Shown: positions 51,539-61,056 of the stretch, piece after piece
Numbering within the stretch: the stretch's first letter is position 1
Layout: every line of letters starts with the position of its first letter
DNA from: Thermoproteota archaeon
GTDB taxonomy: Archaea; Thermoproteota; Thermoprotei_A; Sulfolobales; Ignisphaeraceae
Direction of reading: 5' to 3'
Length of the DNA: 64,000 bases
Assembly (NCBI GenBank): GCA_030550585.1
Contig: JAUQPB010000002.1
Coordinates: forward strand, 32,001-96,000
The notes under the pieces: model-generated
What the model was told of the DNA's origin: nothing
Databases searched by the model: none
What the model saw: the letters and a program-made list of their open reading frames with translations, nothing else
Program-made: the position numbers and the translations under genes

Positions 51539-53122
51539 ATGCAAAGAGCTATTGTAAGTGTTGCTATGGAGATTGCATTAGATGGTTCGGCTAACTATGC
51601 TGGTGGTTTGGGTGTTTTGGAAGCCGATAAATTCTATGGGGCTGCAAGACTTGGCTTGCCATATATTTCAATTGCGCCGTTTTATCCTAGTGGCTATGTT
51701 GATTGGGATTCCGTGAATAGAACTAGATTGTTTGTCGAGGTTAGACACAGACATAGTATGTCTTTTTTGTCTAAGTTGAGGTATATCGGCTCTATAGAGG
51801 CTAGAAGAGCTAATGGAAGTATACTGGCTGAGGCAGATCTCTTCGAATATGTCTACGGCTCTGCAAAGGCTATATTGTACAGGGTTAAGAAGCCACTGTC
51901 AGTTGCTAGGCTATTCAGATATCTGTATAGACATCACAGTGATGAATGCACCTACTATATGGTTGCTGCTGCCATCTCTGCCGAGATAATAAAGAAGATG
52001 GCCAAGGGTGTTCAAATACATGTTGTAGATGTTCAGGAAGCGCATTTGGCTTTACTTCCATATCTTTTGCCAAAAGAGGTTAAAACAAGGTTTGTGACCC
52101 ACACCCCAGGTCCATGGGGCCATCCGAAGCTGTGTAAAGAGGCTGAGGAGGTTCTCGGAATATCGCTTCCAAATGTTAAGACAATGACGGAAGCAGCCAT
52201 GGAGATAGCTGAAAAGGTCTTTACAGTTTCTAGAAAGCATTTTGAAGTGACGAAAATGTTCTTTCCGAAGTACGTTAGCAAAATGAGTTATATAACCAAT
52301 GCAATAGATATTGAAAGGTGGCAGAGAGTTGAAAAGAACATAGATTCTGTGGAGAGGCTTGCAAAAACACATGAACAGTTTAAAGAGGAGTTCAAATCCA
52401 TTATAAAGGCTCTTTCAGGTAAGTCGGTTGGGGATAGAATGGTTGTATCGTGGGTTAGAAGGATAACTAAATATAAGAGGCCATATTTCATTGAATGGCT
52501 TATGGAAGAAAATGGCGATCTCAAGGACAGGATATTTGTTGTTGTGTCTGGAAAGCCGCATCCAAGCGATACGTGGGGAAGAGAGATAGCAACAACCTTT
52601 GCAAGATTCGCCAAAGTTGCTAGCAACTTCTTCTACTATCCAAGTTATGGAATAGAATTTGCATACTACGCCTTATCATCATCAGATCTTTTGCTCTTCA
52701 CACCATTTAGTTGTTGGGAAGCAAGTGGTACGAGCATGATGAAAGCAGGGGTCAACGGGGTGCCAACACTATCGTCTAGAGATGGTGCTAGCCTAGAACT
52801 TATAGAGGACAACTTCAATGGCTGGTTCTTTGGAAAGGAACTCCAGAATTTCATAGATATAGACTCTGAAGAGGCTAGAAAAATTGATGAGGATGACTAT
52901 GCAGACTTTGTGAAGAAACTGGAAAACATAGTAAGCATCTATGAAAGTGATAAGGATAGATACTATGAAATAGCTTATAATGCATACAAAACATTTATGC
53001 CAGTCGTAGACATTAAGAGACTTCTAAGACAATACTACAGCGATTTGATAGAGGGCAAAACTGAAGAGGCTGAGAGGAAGATTAGTAGTAGTCACCCGTC
53101 CCTACAACAAAGCACTAATTGA
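51539..53122 (+). CDS. glgP: Alpha-glucan/glycogen phosphorylase (short archaeal form)
   Basis: YAGGLGVL, RRITKYKRP, GKPHP, EASGTSMMK PLP-lysine motif. Confidence 0.92.
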   Translation: MQRAIVSVAMEIALDGSANYAGGLGVLEADKFYGAARLGLPYISIAPFYPSGYVDWDSVNRTRLFVEVRHRHSMSFLSKLRYIGSIEARRANGSILAEADLFEYVYGSAKAILYRVKKPLSVARLFRYLYRHHSDECTYYMVAAAISAEIIKKMAKGVQIHVVDVQEAHLALLPYLLPKEVKTRFVTHTPGPWGHPKLCKEAEEVLGISLPNVKTMTEAAMEIAEKVFTVSRKHFEVTKMFFPKYVSKMSYITNAIDIERWQRVEKNIDSVERLAKTHEQFKEEFKSIIKALSGKSVGDRMVVSWVRRITKYKRPYFIEWLMEENGDLKDRIFVVVSGKPHPSDTWGREIATTFARFAKVASNFFYYPSYGIEFAYYALSSSDLLLFTPFSCWEASGTSMMKAGVNGVPTLSSRDGASLELIEDNFNGWFFGKELQNFIDIDSEEARKIDEDDYADFVKKLENIVSIYESDKDRYYEIAYNAYKTFMPVVDIKRLLRQYYSDLIEGKTEEAERKISSSHPSLQQSTN

Positions 53123-53795
53123 TCATTTTAGTTTTAGCATCAAAATCTTTTCGAATAACGTTATTAAGATGTTCAATAACATACTTAGTTTGGCGAAACA
53201 CTCTCTTTCCATAATCAAAAAACTCTATATTTGCACAATATCCACACTTCTTTAGTGCGTCGTTAAGAATACCCTTGTGATGTTTAGGCAGAAATGCCAG
53301 TATATATTTGTGGTTCTTCAGCTTTTCTAAAACAATGGAAAGAATATTTACAAACTTGTTTCTGTGTTCATGGTCAAGCTCCTTAGGTGGATAATCGTAA
53401 TTAGCGAATGGATAATATATATCAAGCTCTCGAGGAACCAATATCATAGGCTCTGAAAGTATGTAAACTTGAACCATATCTTGAATGCCATATGCACCTA
53501 GATATTTATCTACCATGCGATGAACAGGAGACATCCTATATGGCTTTATACTACTACAAGGCAAGATCAAAGCATAGCTTTTCAATGTATATTTCGAGTT
53601 AAAAACATTGATTAGGAAATTGTGCCAATAAATAACATGTTCATGTTCAAATAAATTGCAGTGCCTATTATTCCTCAGAACTATCTCGCCGGGTTTTATG
53701 TACATCAATTCCTCTATCTCTGACCCAAGTACAGAATGTATATAATCTATAAACAGTTTTTCTATTGATGGATTCAAAAGAAGCACCAAAAACAT
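53115..53795 (-). CDS. DUF5591-type protein (archaeosine-synthesis associated domain)
   Basis: LPCSSIKPY..SP.H, SEPM.LVPRELD..YP.ANYDYPP. Confidence 0.7.
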   Translation of the reverse strand: MFLVLLLNPSIEKLFIDYIHSVLGSEIEELMYIKPGEIVLRNNRHCNLFEHEHVIYWHNFLINVFNSKYTLKSYALILPCSSIKPYRMSPVHRMVDKYLGAYGIQDMVQVYILSEPMILVPRELDIYYPFANYDYPPKELDHEHRNKFVNILSIVLEKLKNHKYILAFLPKHHKGILNDALKKCGYCANIEFFDYGKRVFRQTKYVIEHLNNVIRKDFDAKTKMIN

Positions 53796-53999
53796 GGTTA
53801 TGCATTGTTGTTACCTTATAAATTGAGGGACTCATAACTAAAACCGCTTTAATAAACTAATTTAATAAACTAAATCGCCATAACGATGGTAATTCATGAA
53901 CAACACCTTCAACTCATATCAACATCCTATATATTATGAACATAGTTTGCGTCATATGATAAAAGCATTGCCTCTGAATGGCTGTGGGGATCAGCGATT

Positions 54000-54383
54000 T
54001 TGGAATACAGTTTTCTTTGGGTAGAGGGCTCAGAAATGTATTATTCCGTAAAGTTTATAACCCTCTTTAGAGGTGTAGAGACTTCGAGGTGTAGGGTTGT
54101 GGTTAGGGTTGACAAGGTAATCCATGTCAAAGATGAGACAGCATTTTTGAGCAAAGGGATAAAGGCGCTTAGATACTCAACTGTTGCAAAGCTGCTCAGA
54201 GTTTTCAAGAATCCCCAGCTCGGTGCAGAGTTGTCAGAGGTTCTGGATAAGGGGCCTGTATACATAGTCAAGTTCAAGAACTATACAGTTGTTGTCTTGC
54301 CTGATAGAACGCATGTTGTAGAAGCTAAGTCAAAAGAAGAGGCAGAAAGTGTTGTGGAGGAGCTTGCAAGGGCTGTAGCATAA
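54000..54383 (+). CDS. Hypothetical protein
   Basis: 127-aa ORF (start may be ATG 54036). Confidence 0.5.
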   Translation: MEYSFLWVEGSEMYYSVKFITLFRGVETSRCRVVVRVDKVIHVKDETAFLSKGIKALRYSTVAKLLRVFKNPQLGAELSEVLDKGPVYIVKFKNYTVVVLPDRTHVVEAKSKEEAESVVEELARAVA

Positions 54384-54431
54384 AGGTGAAGAATTCAATT
54401 AAATATGTGAACTAATACTTTTTTTAATAAA

Positions 54432-55415
54432 CTAGGTCTTGAAGCATTCTAAGACCTTTTTCTTTAATTTTAATGCGTTTCTCTCTGGTACAGAATCGAA
54501 GGTAAAGTTTCCACCTCCGGTTTCCATTCCTGCTGCATACTTCAGCTTGTTTTCGTCGCGTAGCATCCCATATATCTCAATGTGTAAATGATAAAAGCTA
54601 TATTCTCCTTTTAGGGGGCTTTGATGAACTGTCATAATATATGGTGTTGGTTTAGAGAAGAGCTTCTTCAAGCCGCATAAGCTGTACTTTAGGATATTTG
54701 CAAGGTCTGCTATTTCATTTTGTGATAGTTGTGTTAGTAGCTGTAGATGTTTTCTTGGGTATATGTGTATTTCGAATGGCCAATGTGAGTAGAATGGCAT
54801 GAATGCAACCCAACTGGAGTTTTCCAAGATAATCCTTATATTGTCTTCCAGCTCTGTCCTTAGTATATCGCAGAACAAGCACCTTTTGTTTTCCTCCCAG
54901 TATTTCCTAGCATTTTCTATTTCTCTGAGCACTCTCATGGGTATGAATGGCGTCACATATATTTGGCTATGTGGATGTGTTAGTGATACTCCTATTTCTC
55001 TACCTTTGTTTCTGAACCATAGAAAATATTCTGCATAATCTTTTTTCATCTCCTCTTTTTGTTTCTCGATGACAAGTTTGACCACATATTCTATTTGCTC
55101 CTCAGGCAAATCACTTAAATCATCTAGGTCATGTTGCGGCGTTTCTACAACAACATAGCATTTTCCGCTTGCTTTAGCCGTTTTATAGAATCGATGTTCT
55201 GTAGGATTTGGGGGATTTTCAATCAACATAGGAAATCTATTTTCTAATATAAGAGCCTTCCAGTCATACCCTGTCTCAGAGGTTCCTGGACAAAAAGGAC
55301 AGAAAGATGTTGGTTGCCATGGTCTTGCACTTCTAATATTTGAAACCATTACCCACTCTCCTAATGTGGGATCCCATCTAAGTTCCATGACAAGCTCCTC
55401 TTCATTGCCAGGCAT
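54432..55415 (-). CDS. galT: Galactose-1-phosphate uridylyltransferase
   Basis: ELRWDP, CPFCPG, NRFP, SLTHPHSQIY. Confidence 0.94.
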   Translation of the reverse strand: MPGNEEELVMELRWDPTLGEWVMVSNIRSARPWQPTSFCPFCPGTSETGYDWKALILENRFPMLIENPPNPTEHRFYKTAKASGKCYVVVETPQHDLDDLSDLPEEQIEYVVKLVIEKQKEEMKKDYAEYFLWFRNKGREIGVSLTHPHSQIYVTPFIPMRVLREIENARKYWEENKRCLFCDILRTELEDNIRIILENSSWVAFMPFYSHWPFEIHIYPRKHLQLLTQLSQNEIADLANILKYSLCGLKKLFSKPTPYIMTVHQSPLKGEYSFYHLHIEIYGMLRDENKLKYAAGMETGGGNFTFDSVPERNALKLKKKVLECFKT

Positions 55416-55422
55416 GGAGACC

Positions 55423-56706
55423 TCACTTGTGGCGTGTGATTCCTTTATCTACCTTCACAATCCAGCCTCTAGTTCCAATGCCTTTAGAAAGCATTGTACT
55501 AAGTGCTTTATGAGCCGTTTCAACGTCTTTAAATAATGCTATTACACAACCTCCGAGGCCAGCGCCAGAGAGTTTTGCACCCAAAGCGCCATTGTCTATG
55601 AACTCTTCAACTATTTTATCAATTTCGGGTAAGCTTACATCGTATAGACTACTAAGTAAGTTATGCTGGTAGGTCATTATATTACCTATTATATCTATCT
55701 TACCTTTTCCAACAATCTCTTTAGCTCTTTCATGATCTATTTCAAGTGTTTTTGCAACTTCTGTATAGGAGGGTTTATATCCTCTAAGAACCTTTATTGC
55801 TAACATAGTTGAATTATGTGCTTTAATCGTATACAGTATTCTGTTCTTAGCCTTCTCATCTAATTCATGCAAATAAGGCTGAAGTTGTTCAATAGTTAAA
55901 GAGCTCCATTTGGGCTCCCAATACCTATACCCAAGCAATCTTCTTAAATCGGCTGGTGCTATAGACATAAGCTTTTCTAAACCTATCTCTATCTCTTTTT
56001 GTCTTTTGGGATGTATATCAGCTGTACTGTGTCTAATGCCACTATCGATTACAGCAAAGATCCCTTCATTAAATGATATCGATTCCACATTATATGGCGG
56101 TACAGTCTCAATTATTGATACATTGCCGAATGCAGCAGCATATTGATCAAGTCTTCCACATGGGATGCCTAGAACATCGTGTTCTGCAACATACGCAAGT
56201 TCAGCAACATCCTTTACAGCAAGACCTAAATTGAATAGTTCATTTAAAAATCCTATGAATGCCACAAGCAAGGTTCCACTACTTCCTAATCCAGAAGCAA
56301 TTGGCACCCAGCTTCTAATCCAAGCCTTAGCACCACCAACTTTATAGCCTTTTTGCAAAAGAGCTATAAGAGCTGCTCTCAAGTAGTTTCCAAACCATTT
56401 CTGCTTTGGCAGTATTTCAAGACTTGTAAGCTCTATTTTATCAAAGTGTTCTCCGCCCTCATCAAGCAAATTACCTGAATAAACCTCAACGGACTTCTCA
56501 TCAGTTCTTCTCCCTGCAATATATGTTCGTAGATTTATCCCTACAGAAACCACGGGCAAACCTTTATAATCTTGGTGTGTATTTAGAAAATCTAAACGAC
56601 CAGGGGCAGACACTACAACTTCGGGTTCTAAACCAAATGTCTTCTTAAACTCACTAGCAACAATATTAACATTCATATCAGCTTCATTTAAAACATGTGA
56701 ATGCAT
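55423..56706 (-). CDS. galK: GHMP-family sugar kinase (galactokinase-like)
   Basis: SAPGR...HQDY, PIASGLGSSG, CGRLDQY, GAKLSGAGLGG; adjacent to galT. Confidence 0.85.
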   Translation of the reverse strand: MHSHVLNEADMNVNIVASEFKKTFGLEPEVVVSAPGRLDFLNTHQDYKGLPVVSVGINLRTYIAGRRTDEKSVEVYSGNLLDEGGEHFDKIELTSLEILPKQKWFGNYLRAALIALLQKGYKVGGAKAWIRSWVPIASGLGSSGTLLVAFIGFLNELFNLGLAVKDVAELAYVAEHDVLGIPCGRLDQYAAAFGNVSIIETVPPYNVESISFNEGIFAVIDSGIRHSTADIHPKRQKEIEIGLEKLMSIAPADLRRLLGYRYWEPKWSSLTIEQLQPYLHELDEKAKNRILYTIKAHNSTMLAIKVLRGYKPSYTEVAKTLEIDHERAKEIVGKGKIDIIGNIMTYQHNLLSSLYDVSLPEIDKIVEEFIDNGALGAKLSGAGLGGCVIALFKDVETAHKALSTMLSKGIGTRGWIVKVDKGITRHK

Positions 56707-56811
56707 CTCTAATCATCTGCATTTAAACTATTTTAGGGGCTTTTAATCATTAATTCAAAAACAACGTATTTAAGCATCTATAAAATAATAGTCGATGAAC
56801 ATTTGAGATGT

Positions 56812-56887
56812 TGGATGATGAAACTGGGCCGGCGTTAATGCAGAATGTAGAAGGATGAAGAGGATTTGTTCCTGCCCCCGCTGATAA
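56812..56887 (+). ncRNA. Candidate C/D-box sRNA
   Basis: C ATGATGA 56815-56821, D' CAGA 56841-56844, C' ATGAAGA 56855-56861, D CTGA 56881-56884; GC-rich guides in AT-rich intergenic DNA. Confidence 0.6.
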
Positions 56888-56898
56888 ATTTCTAGGCA

Positions 56899-57780
56899 TT
56901 ATAGAACATTCTTAGTCTTCGACTTTACAACAACATCTACGGTTACATGGTATTTCCTAGGCGCAACACCCCTGATAACATGTCCTCCAAGAGGCTCTAC
57001 AACAGCGCCAAGGGATTGTGCATAGGTGGAGACAGTTTCGTAAGCTTTATGCAAGGCCTCACGTTTATTTGGGGCCTCTACAAACAGATGTGGATGTAGG
57101 TAACCACCAATTTTTACAGCATCCAACGCAACTTTGAATGCATCTTTAAATGCGTCTGGATAGGGCAATAAGATTCTATCAAATTTCTCGTTTAACGAAG
57201 ATGTAATCGTTAGTGCATCGCCGTGAATAATATCATTATATGCTTCAACTCTGTTTATTTCAATATTTATCCTGGCATAGTGTACAGCAAATTCGTTGAG
57301 ATCTATTGAGACAACGTAAACTGGTTTAGCATATTTAGATACTATTATGCTATAGGGTCCAAATCCTGCGAACATATTCAAAATTTTCTCGCCATTTCTT
57401 GCAATTCTTGCAATTCTGATATGGTCAAAACCTAGAACTGGTGATATATACACCTTAGTGAAGTCTACTTTAAACATACATCCATGCTCCCTATATATGG
57501 TTTCGCTTTTTCTCTCTCCAGCAAGATGGATGTACTCCCTAACTCTTTCAAAGCCTTGTACAGGTGATGCGGCAAGCCAAACACTCTTCACATAGGGAAT
57601 TTCACGCAGTATTTCCTCGCCTATCGACTTGTATACCTCTGTTGGAACATCGAAAGACTTTCTGATAATTGCGACATCCCCTATTATTTCAATTCTTTTC
57701 CAAATTACCTTTGCAAAATCAGGCCCAACAACCCTTTCTGCAATTCTTTTTAAAAGAGGAGTTCTAGACGAAGCTGACAT
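56899..57780 (-). CDS. Trm5/Tyw2-family tRNA methyltransferase
   Basis: IIGDVAI, ETIYREHGC.FKVD..KVY.SP, NMFAGFGPY, DLN. Confidence 0.88.
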   Translation of the reverse strand: MSASSRTPLLKRIAERVVGPDFAKVIWKRIEIIGDVAIIRKSFDVPTEVYKSIGEEILREIPYVKSVWLAASPVQGFERVREYIHLAGERKSETIYREHGCMFKVDFTKVYISPVLGFDHIRIARIARNGEKILNMFAGFGPYSIIVSKYAKPVYVVSIDLNEFAVHYARINIEINRVEAYNDIIHGDALTITSSLNEKFDRILLPYPDAFKDAFKVALDAVKIGGYLHPHLFVEAPNKREALHKAYETVSTYAQSLGAVVEPLGGHVIRGVAPRKYHVTVDVVVKSKTKNVL

Positions 57781-57839
57781 CTAATGTTGCACCACGCTTT
57801 GTTTAAAACCATTATGACTAGTTAATAGAATTCGTAAAA

Positions 57840-57898
57840 GCTCAGCATTTCCGGCTTTCTTCATCGAGAACACTCAAAAGACCCTCTGATCATCATTA
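57840..57898 (-). ncRNA. Candidate C/D-box sRNA immediately downstream of tRNA-Gln
   Basis: Minus strand ATGATGA-TCAGAGGGTCTT-TTGA-gtgttctcg-ATGAAGA-AAGCCGGAAATG-CTGA; two 12-nt guides. Confidence 0.7.
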
Positions 57899-57909
57899 CC
57901 TTATTTTGT

Positions 57910-57985
57910 TGGTAGCCGGGCGGGGATTCGAACCCCGGTCACGGGGGCCAAAGCCCCGCATCCTTGGCCGCTAGACGACCCGGCT
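57910..57985 (-). tRNA. tRNA-Gln(UUG), encoded CCA
   Basis: AGCCGGG acceptor stem, CTTTGGC anticodon loop, GGTTCGAATCC. Confidence 0.95.
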
Positions 57986-58102
57986 ACTCGACACATTTTG
58001 ATATATTGATATGGGGTTATAAAGTTTTTGTTACGTGATTCTAGTTTGATTAACTTTAGATGCAAGTTCGCTTAATTAAATTGCTTCCTTTTAGGGGTCT
58101 GT

Positions 58103-59551
58103 GTGAGTCTTTTGAGGAAGATTCATGATGTATTTGGTTGGAATAAATCGGTTAGCCCTATCAGAAAAAATCTTAGATATCTGAAAAGTGATAAGGCTGA
58201 TGAGCTTTGTTTAGAAGTTTTAAAGAAATACAATGTTGGCATGGCTGAAGTTACAATATGTATTGATAAATTTGGTGTTGCAAGATATCTTATAAACGAG
58301 CCTTTTGTTGATGAGACTCTTTTCAATGCTTACAACCAAATTATGGAGCATCTATACTCATCGTACTTCAATTTAGAATCGTTGGAGGACGTTAGAAAGG
58401 CTGTTAATAGAGTTGCTTCTCAGATCGGCCTTAACGATGTTGTTCAAAAATACTATGATGTATTGATGTATTATATAATCAGGGACAGTAGGGGATATGG
58501 CATATTAGATGTTGTGCTAAAAGATGATAATATTGAGGATGTGGAGCTATCTGATTGGAGAAAACCTATAACTGTTGTACATAGGGACTTTCTATCATAT
58601 GAAGCATTGGTGACAAACATACAGTTTCAAAGCGAGGAAGAAGCTAAAAGCTATATAGATAAGCTTGCCATGAAATGTGGTAAAGCAATATCTTATGCAA
58701 AGCCAGAGTTGCATGGAACACTTCCAGAGGGTTTTAGAATTGCTGCAACTATAGGTGATCCTGTTAGCTCCAGTCCAACGTTTAGCATTAGAAAGTTGCC
58801 TGGGGTTCCAATAGATATCGTGAAATTGGTTAAACAAAACGTTCTAAACTATAATATAGCATCATTAATATGGCTAATTAATGATGCTAAGCTTTTCTAT
58901 GTTATTGCTGGTGGAAGTGGCAGTGGAAAAACAACATTGCTGAATGCCTTTTTGCAGTTATCGAATCCAAATTGGAAAATAGTGGTGGTGCAAGATGTTC
59001 CAGAAATTAAACTTCCTCTAAGACCTAGATTTATGCAGTTCTATGGTGAGGACTCAGATGAGCTGTTACAAAGATGTTTTACAGCTCTTCGTTATAGACC
59101 TGATATTTTGGTTGTGGGAGAGGTTAGAGGTCGTGAAATAACCGCCCTTGTAAGAGCCATCGCCTCAGGATCAGGTTCTGCTACAACCTTTCACGCATCT
59201 ACTCCAGATGAATATGAATTAGCGATAAGAGGTCTTCTGCCACGAGATCTATACACCATGTTATCATTAAACACGGCCCTAATGGTCTTCATTTCAAGAG
59301 TTCGTAAAGGGTATAATGTTGAGAGAAAGGTTTGGAAAATATATGAGAGAGTTGGCGATGAATGGAGAGAAATATATGACATGGATAAAGGTGACTCTAT
59401 TTTGAAAAGCTATATTATTAAAAGACTTGCCAAACGACTTGCTAGAGATGATATAGAAGCCGAATATGATTATAGAATAAAGGTTTTAGAAAATGCGGGT
59501 GATGGTTATGAATCGATTGAGAGAATACTCAAGAGATACTATGGTCTTTAA
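58103..59551 (+). CDS. Type II/IV secretion (TadA/VirB11-like) ATPase
   Basis: RGYGILD..L.DDNIED, FSIRK, GGSGSGKTT, ALRYRPD...VGEVRG, TFHA. Confidence 0.9.
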   Translation: MSLLRKIHDVFGWNKSVSPIRKNLRYLKSDKADELCLEVLKKYNVGMAEVTICIDKFGVARYLINEPFVDETLFNAYNQIMEHLYSSYFNLESLEDVRKAVNRVASQIGLNDVVQKYYDVLMYYIIRDSRGYGILDVVLKDDNIEDVELSDWRKPITVVHRDFLSYEALVTNIQFQSEEEAKSYIDKLAMKCGKAISYAKPELHGTLPEGFRIAATIGDPVSSSPTFSIRKLPGVPIDIVKLVKQNVLNYNIASLIWLINDAKLFYVIAGGSGSGKTTLLNAFLQLSNPNWKIVVVQDVPEIKLPLRPRFMQFYGEDSDELLQRCFTALRYRPDILVVGEVRGREITALVRAIASGSGSATTFHASTPDEYELAIRGLLPRDLYTMLSLNTALMVFISRVRKGYNVERKVWKIYERVGDEWREIYDMDKGDSILKSYIIKRLAKRLARDDIEAEYDYRIKVLENAGDGYESIERILKRYYGL

Positions 59552-59552
59552 A

Positions 59553-60281
59553 CTAGTGGGCTCCCTTCTTCCTACCTGTTCTCCTAGCTGCGATATGTCC
59601 AACCTTTCTTCCTGGTGGAGTCCTTCTCGATACTGTAGTAGGCTTTGACTCACTCTGGTGCGAGCCACCGCCATGTGGATGGTCAACAGCATTCATGGCA
59701 ACACCTCTTACGCGAGGCCACTTTCTTGCCTTCACCTTCCACTTATAGTAAGAGTTGCCAGCTTTCAATAGAGGCTTCTCTAACCTGCCACCACCAGCCA
59801 CAACGCCTATTGTTGCTCTTGCATCAAGTAGAACCGATTTCTGCTTTCCGCTTGGCAAGGTAATTATTGCATGTGTCGATGTTTTGCCTGTCAATATTGC
59901 ATATGAGCCACCACTTCTCACAAGTTTGCCCCCATCAAATGGTCTCAACTCTATATTGCATATCCTTGCACCCTCTGGTATGTTTCTCAGTGGAAGTATA
60001 TTGCCGTTAGATGGACTTGCATTGGGCCCTATCTCAATTATTTGCCCAACTCTCAAACCTTCTACAGCAACATTATAGAACTCTTCACCGTTTTCAAGCT
60101 TTATCAATGCTATGGGAGCACTTCTACCAGGCTCATGCAAAATATCAACAACAATGCCTTTTAGTGTACTTGTTGGGGGAATATACGGATATTTAACTGG
60201 TGCTATTCTTAAGTGTTTTGGGCTTCTGAATGTCGGTGTTCCTCTACCCATTCTTTGAACTAATATTCTCTTACCCATTAT
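59553..60281 (-). CDS. rpl2: 50S ribosomal protein L2
   Basis: MGKRILVQRMGRG, WPRVRGVAMNAVDHPHGGG. Confidence 0.96.
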   Translation of the reverse strand: MMGKRILVQRMGRGTPTFRSPKHLRIAPVKYPYIPPTSTLKGIVVDILHEPGRSAPIALIKLENGEEFYNVAVEGLRVGQIIEIGPNASPSNGNILPLRNIPEGARICNIELRPFDGGKLVRSGGSYAILTGKTSTHAIITLPSGKQKSVLLDARATIGVVAGGGRLEKPLLKAGNSYYKWKVKARKWPRVRGVAMNAVDHPHGGGSHQSESKPTTVSRRTPPGRKVGHIAARRTGRKKGAH

Positions 60282-60305
60282 CTTACACCTACAATACATC
60301 ATTAT

Positions 60306-60743
60306 TTACTTAAGTGCAACAAATAGTGTGCTTCTTGTTGCCTTTAAGCCAGGCTCACCGTGTTTTACCTGCTTTGTTGTCGGCGCAAATTCTCCTAGGT
60401 AATGCCCTATCATTTCAGGGGTTATTTTGACGGGAACAAACTCCTTGCCATTGTGAACAGCAATTGTCAGTCCAACCATGATGGGTAAAATTATCATGTC
60501 CCTCACATGAGTTTTGATAACAGTTTCCTTACATTCACTAACAAGTTTTTGTCTAGCTTCAATAATTTTTTCGAGAAGTCTTCTATGTCTAGGTGAAAAA
60601 CCTCGTGATAAACTTCTCCGAGCTCTGGCATTCAATATCTTCACAAGATCATCCATAGGCATGTCTATCAACTCCTCTAAACTTCTTCCTCTATACTTAA
60701 ATTTTTTCCATTCTACTGGTAACTCCCAGCACTGCTTACTCAT
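60306..60743 (-). CDS. rps19: 30S ribosomal protein S19 (uS19)
   Basis: [31 protein letters not shown]. Confidence 0.96.
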   Translation of the reverse strand: MSKQCWELPVEWKKFKYRGRSLEELIDMPMDDLVKILNARARRSLSRGFSPRHRRLLEKIIEARQKLVSECKETVIKTHVRDMIILPIMVGLTIAVHNGKEFVPVKITPEMIGHYLGEFAPTTKQVKHGEPGLKATRSTLFVALK

Positions 60744-60922
60744 AGCATTTTAGCACCTAGCACTGCAAACTATGATTTAATAACACACAGTTTATAAGTA
60801 GATATCAGGCCATTTTATGATTGCGTTTTGTTTTTATAAAAACTTATTAACACGGATCCTAGAAAATATTTTCCTTGCAATGATTAGTTAGGTTATTAGA
60901 TCTAGCAGCGAGGTTTGTGGAA

Positions 60923-61024
60923 ATGGGCGGTAAGCAAAAGACAACGCTATTCATAGTTAAATCCAGCAGTTCGCAACAGGAGGAGAGGGGTAAAAAGCCT
61001 AAGAAGGAGAAAGAAAAGATGTAA
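60923..61024 (+). CDS. Candidate 33-aa basic small protein upstream of rpl3
   Basis: MGGKQKTTLFIVKSSSSQQEERGKKPKKEKEKM*, GAGGT 8 nt upstream of the ATG. Confidence 0.4.
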   Translation: MGGKQKTTLFIVKSSSSQQEERGKKPKKEKEKM

Positions 61025-61056
61025 GGGTAGTTATGTCTTCGCGGAGGTGAGAACGG

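Noticed and set aside
53950-54010. Possible C/D sRNA (ATGATAA...CTGA)
   Set aside because: Imperfect C box and no convincing C'/D pair.
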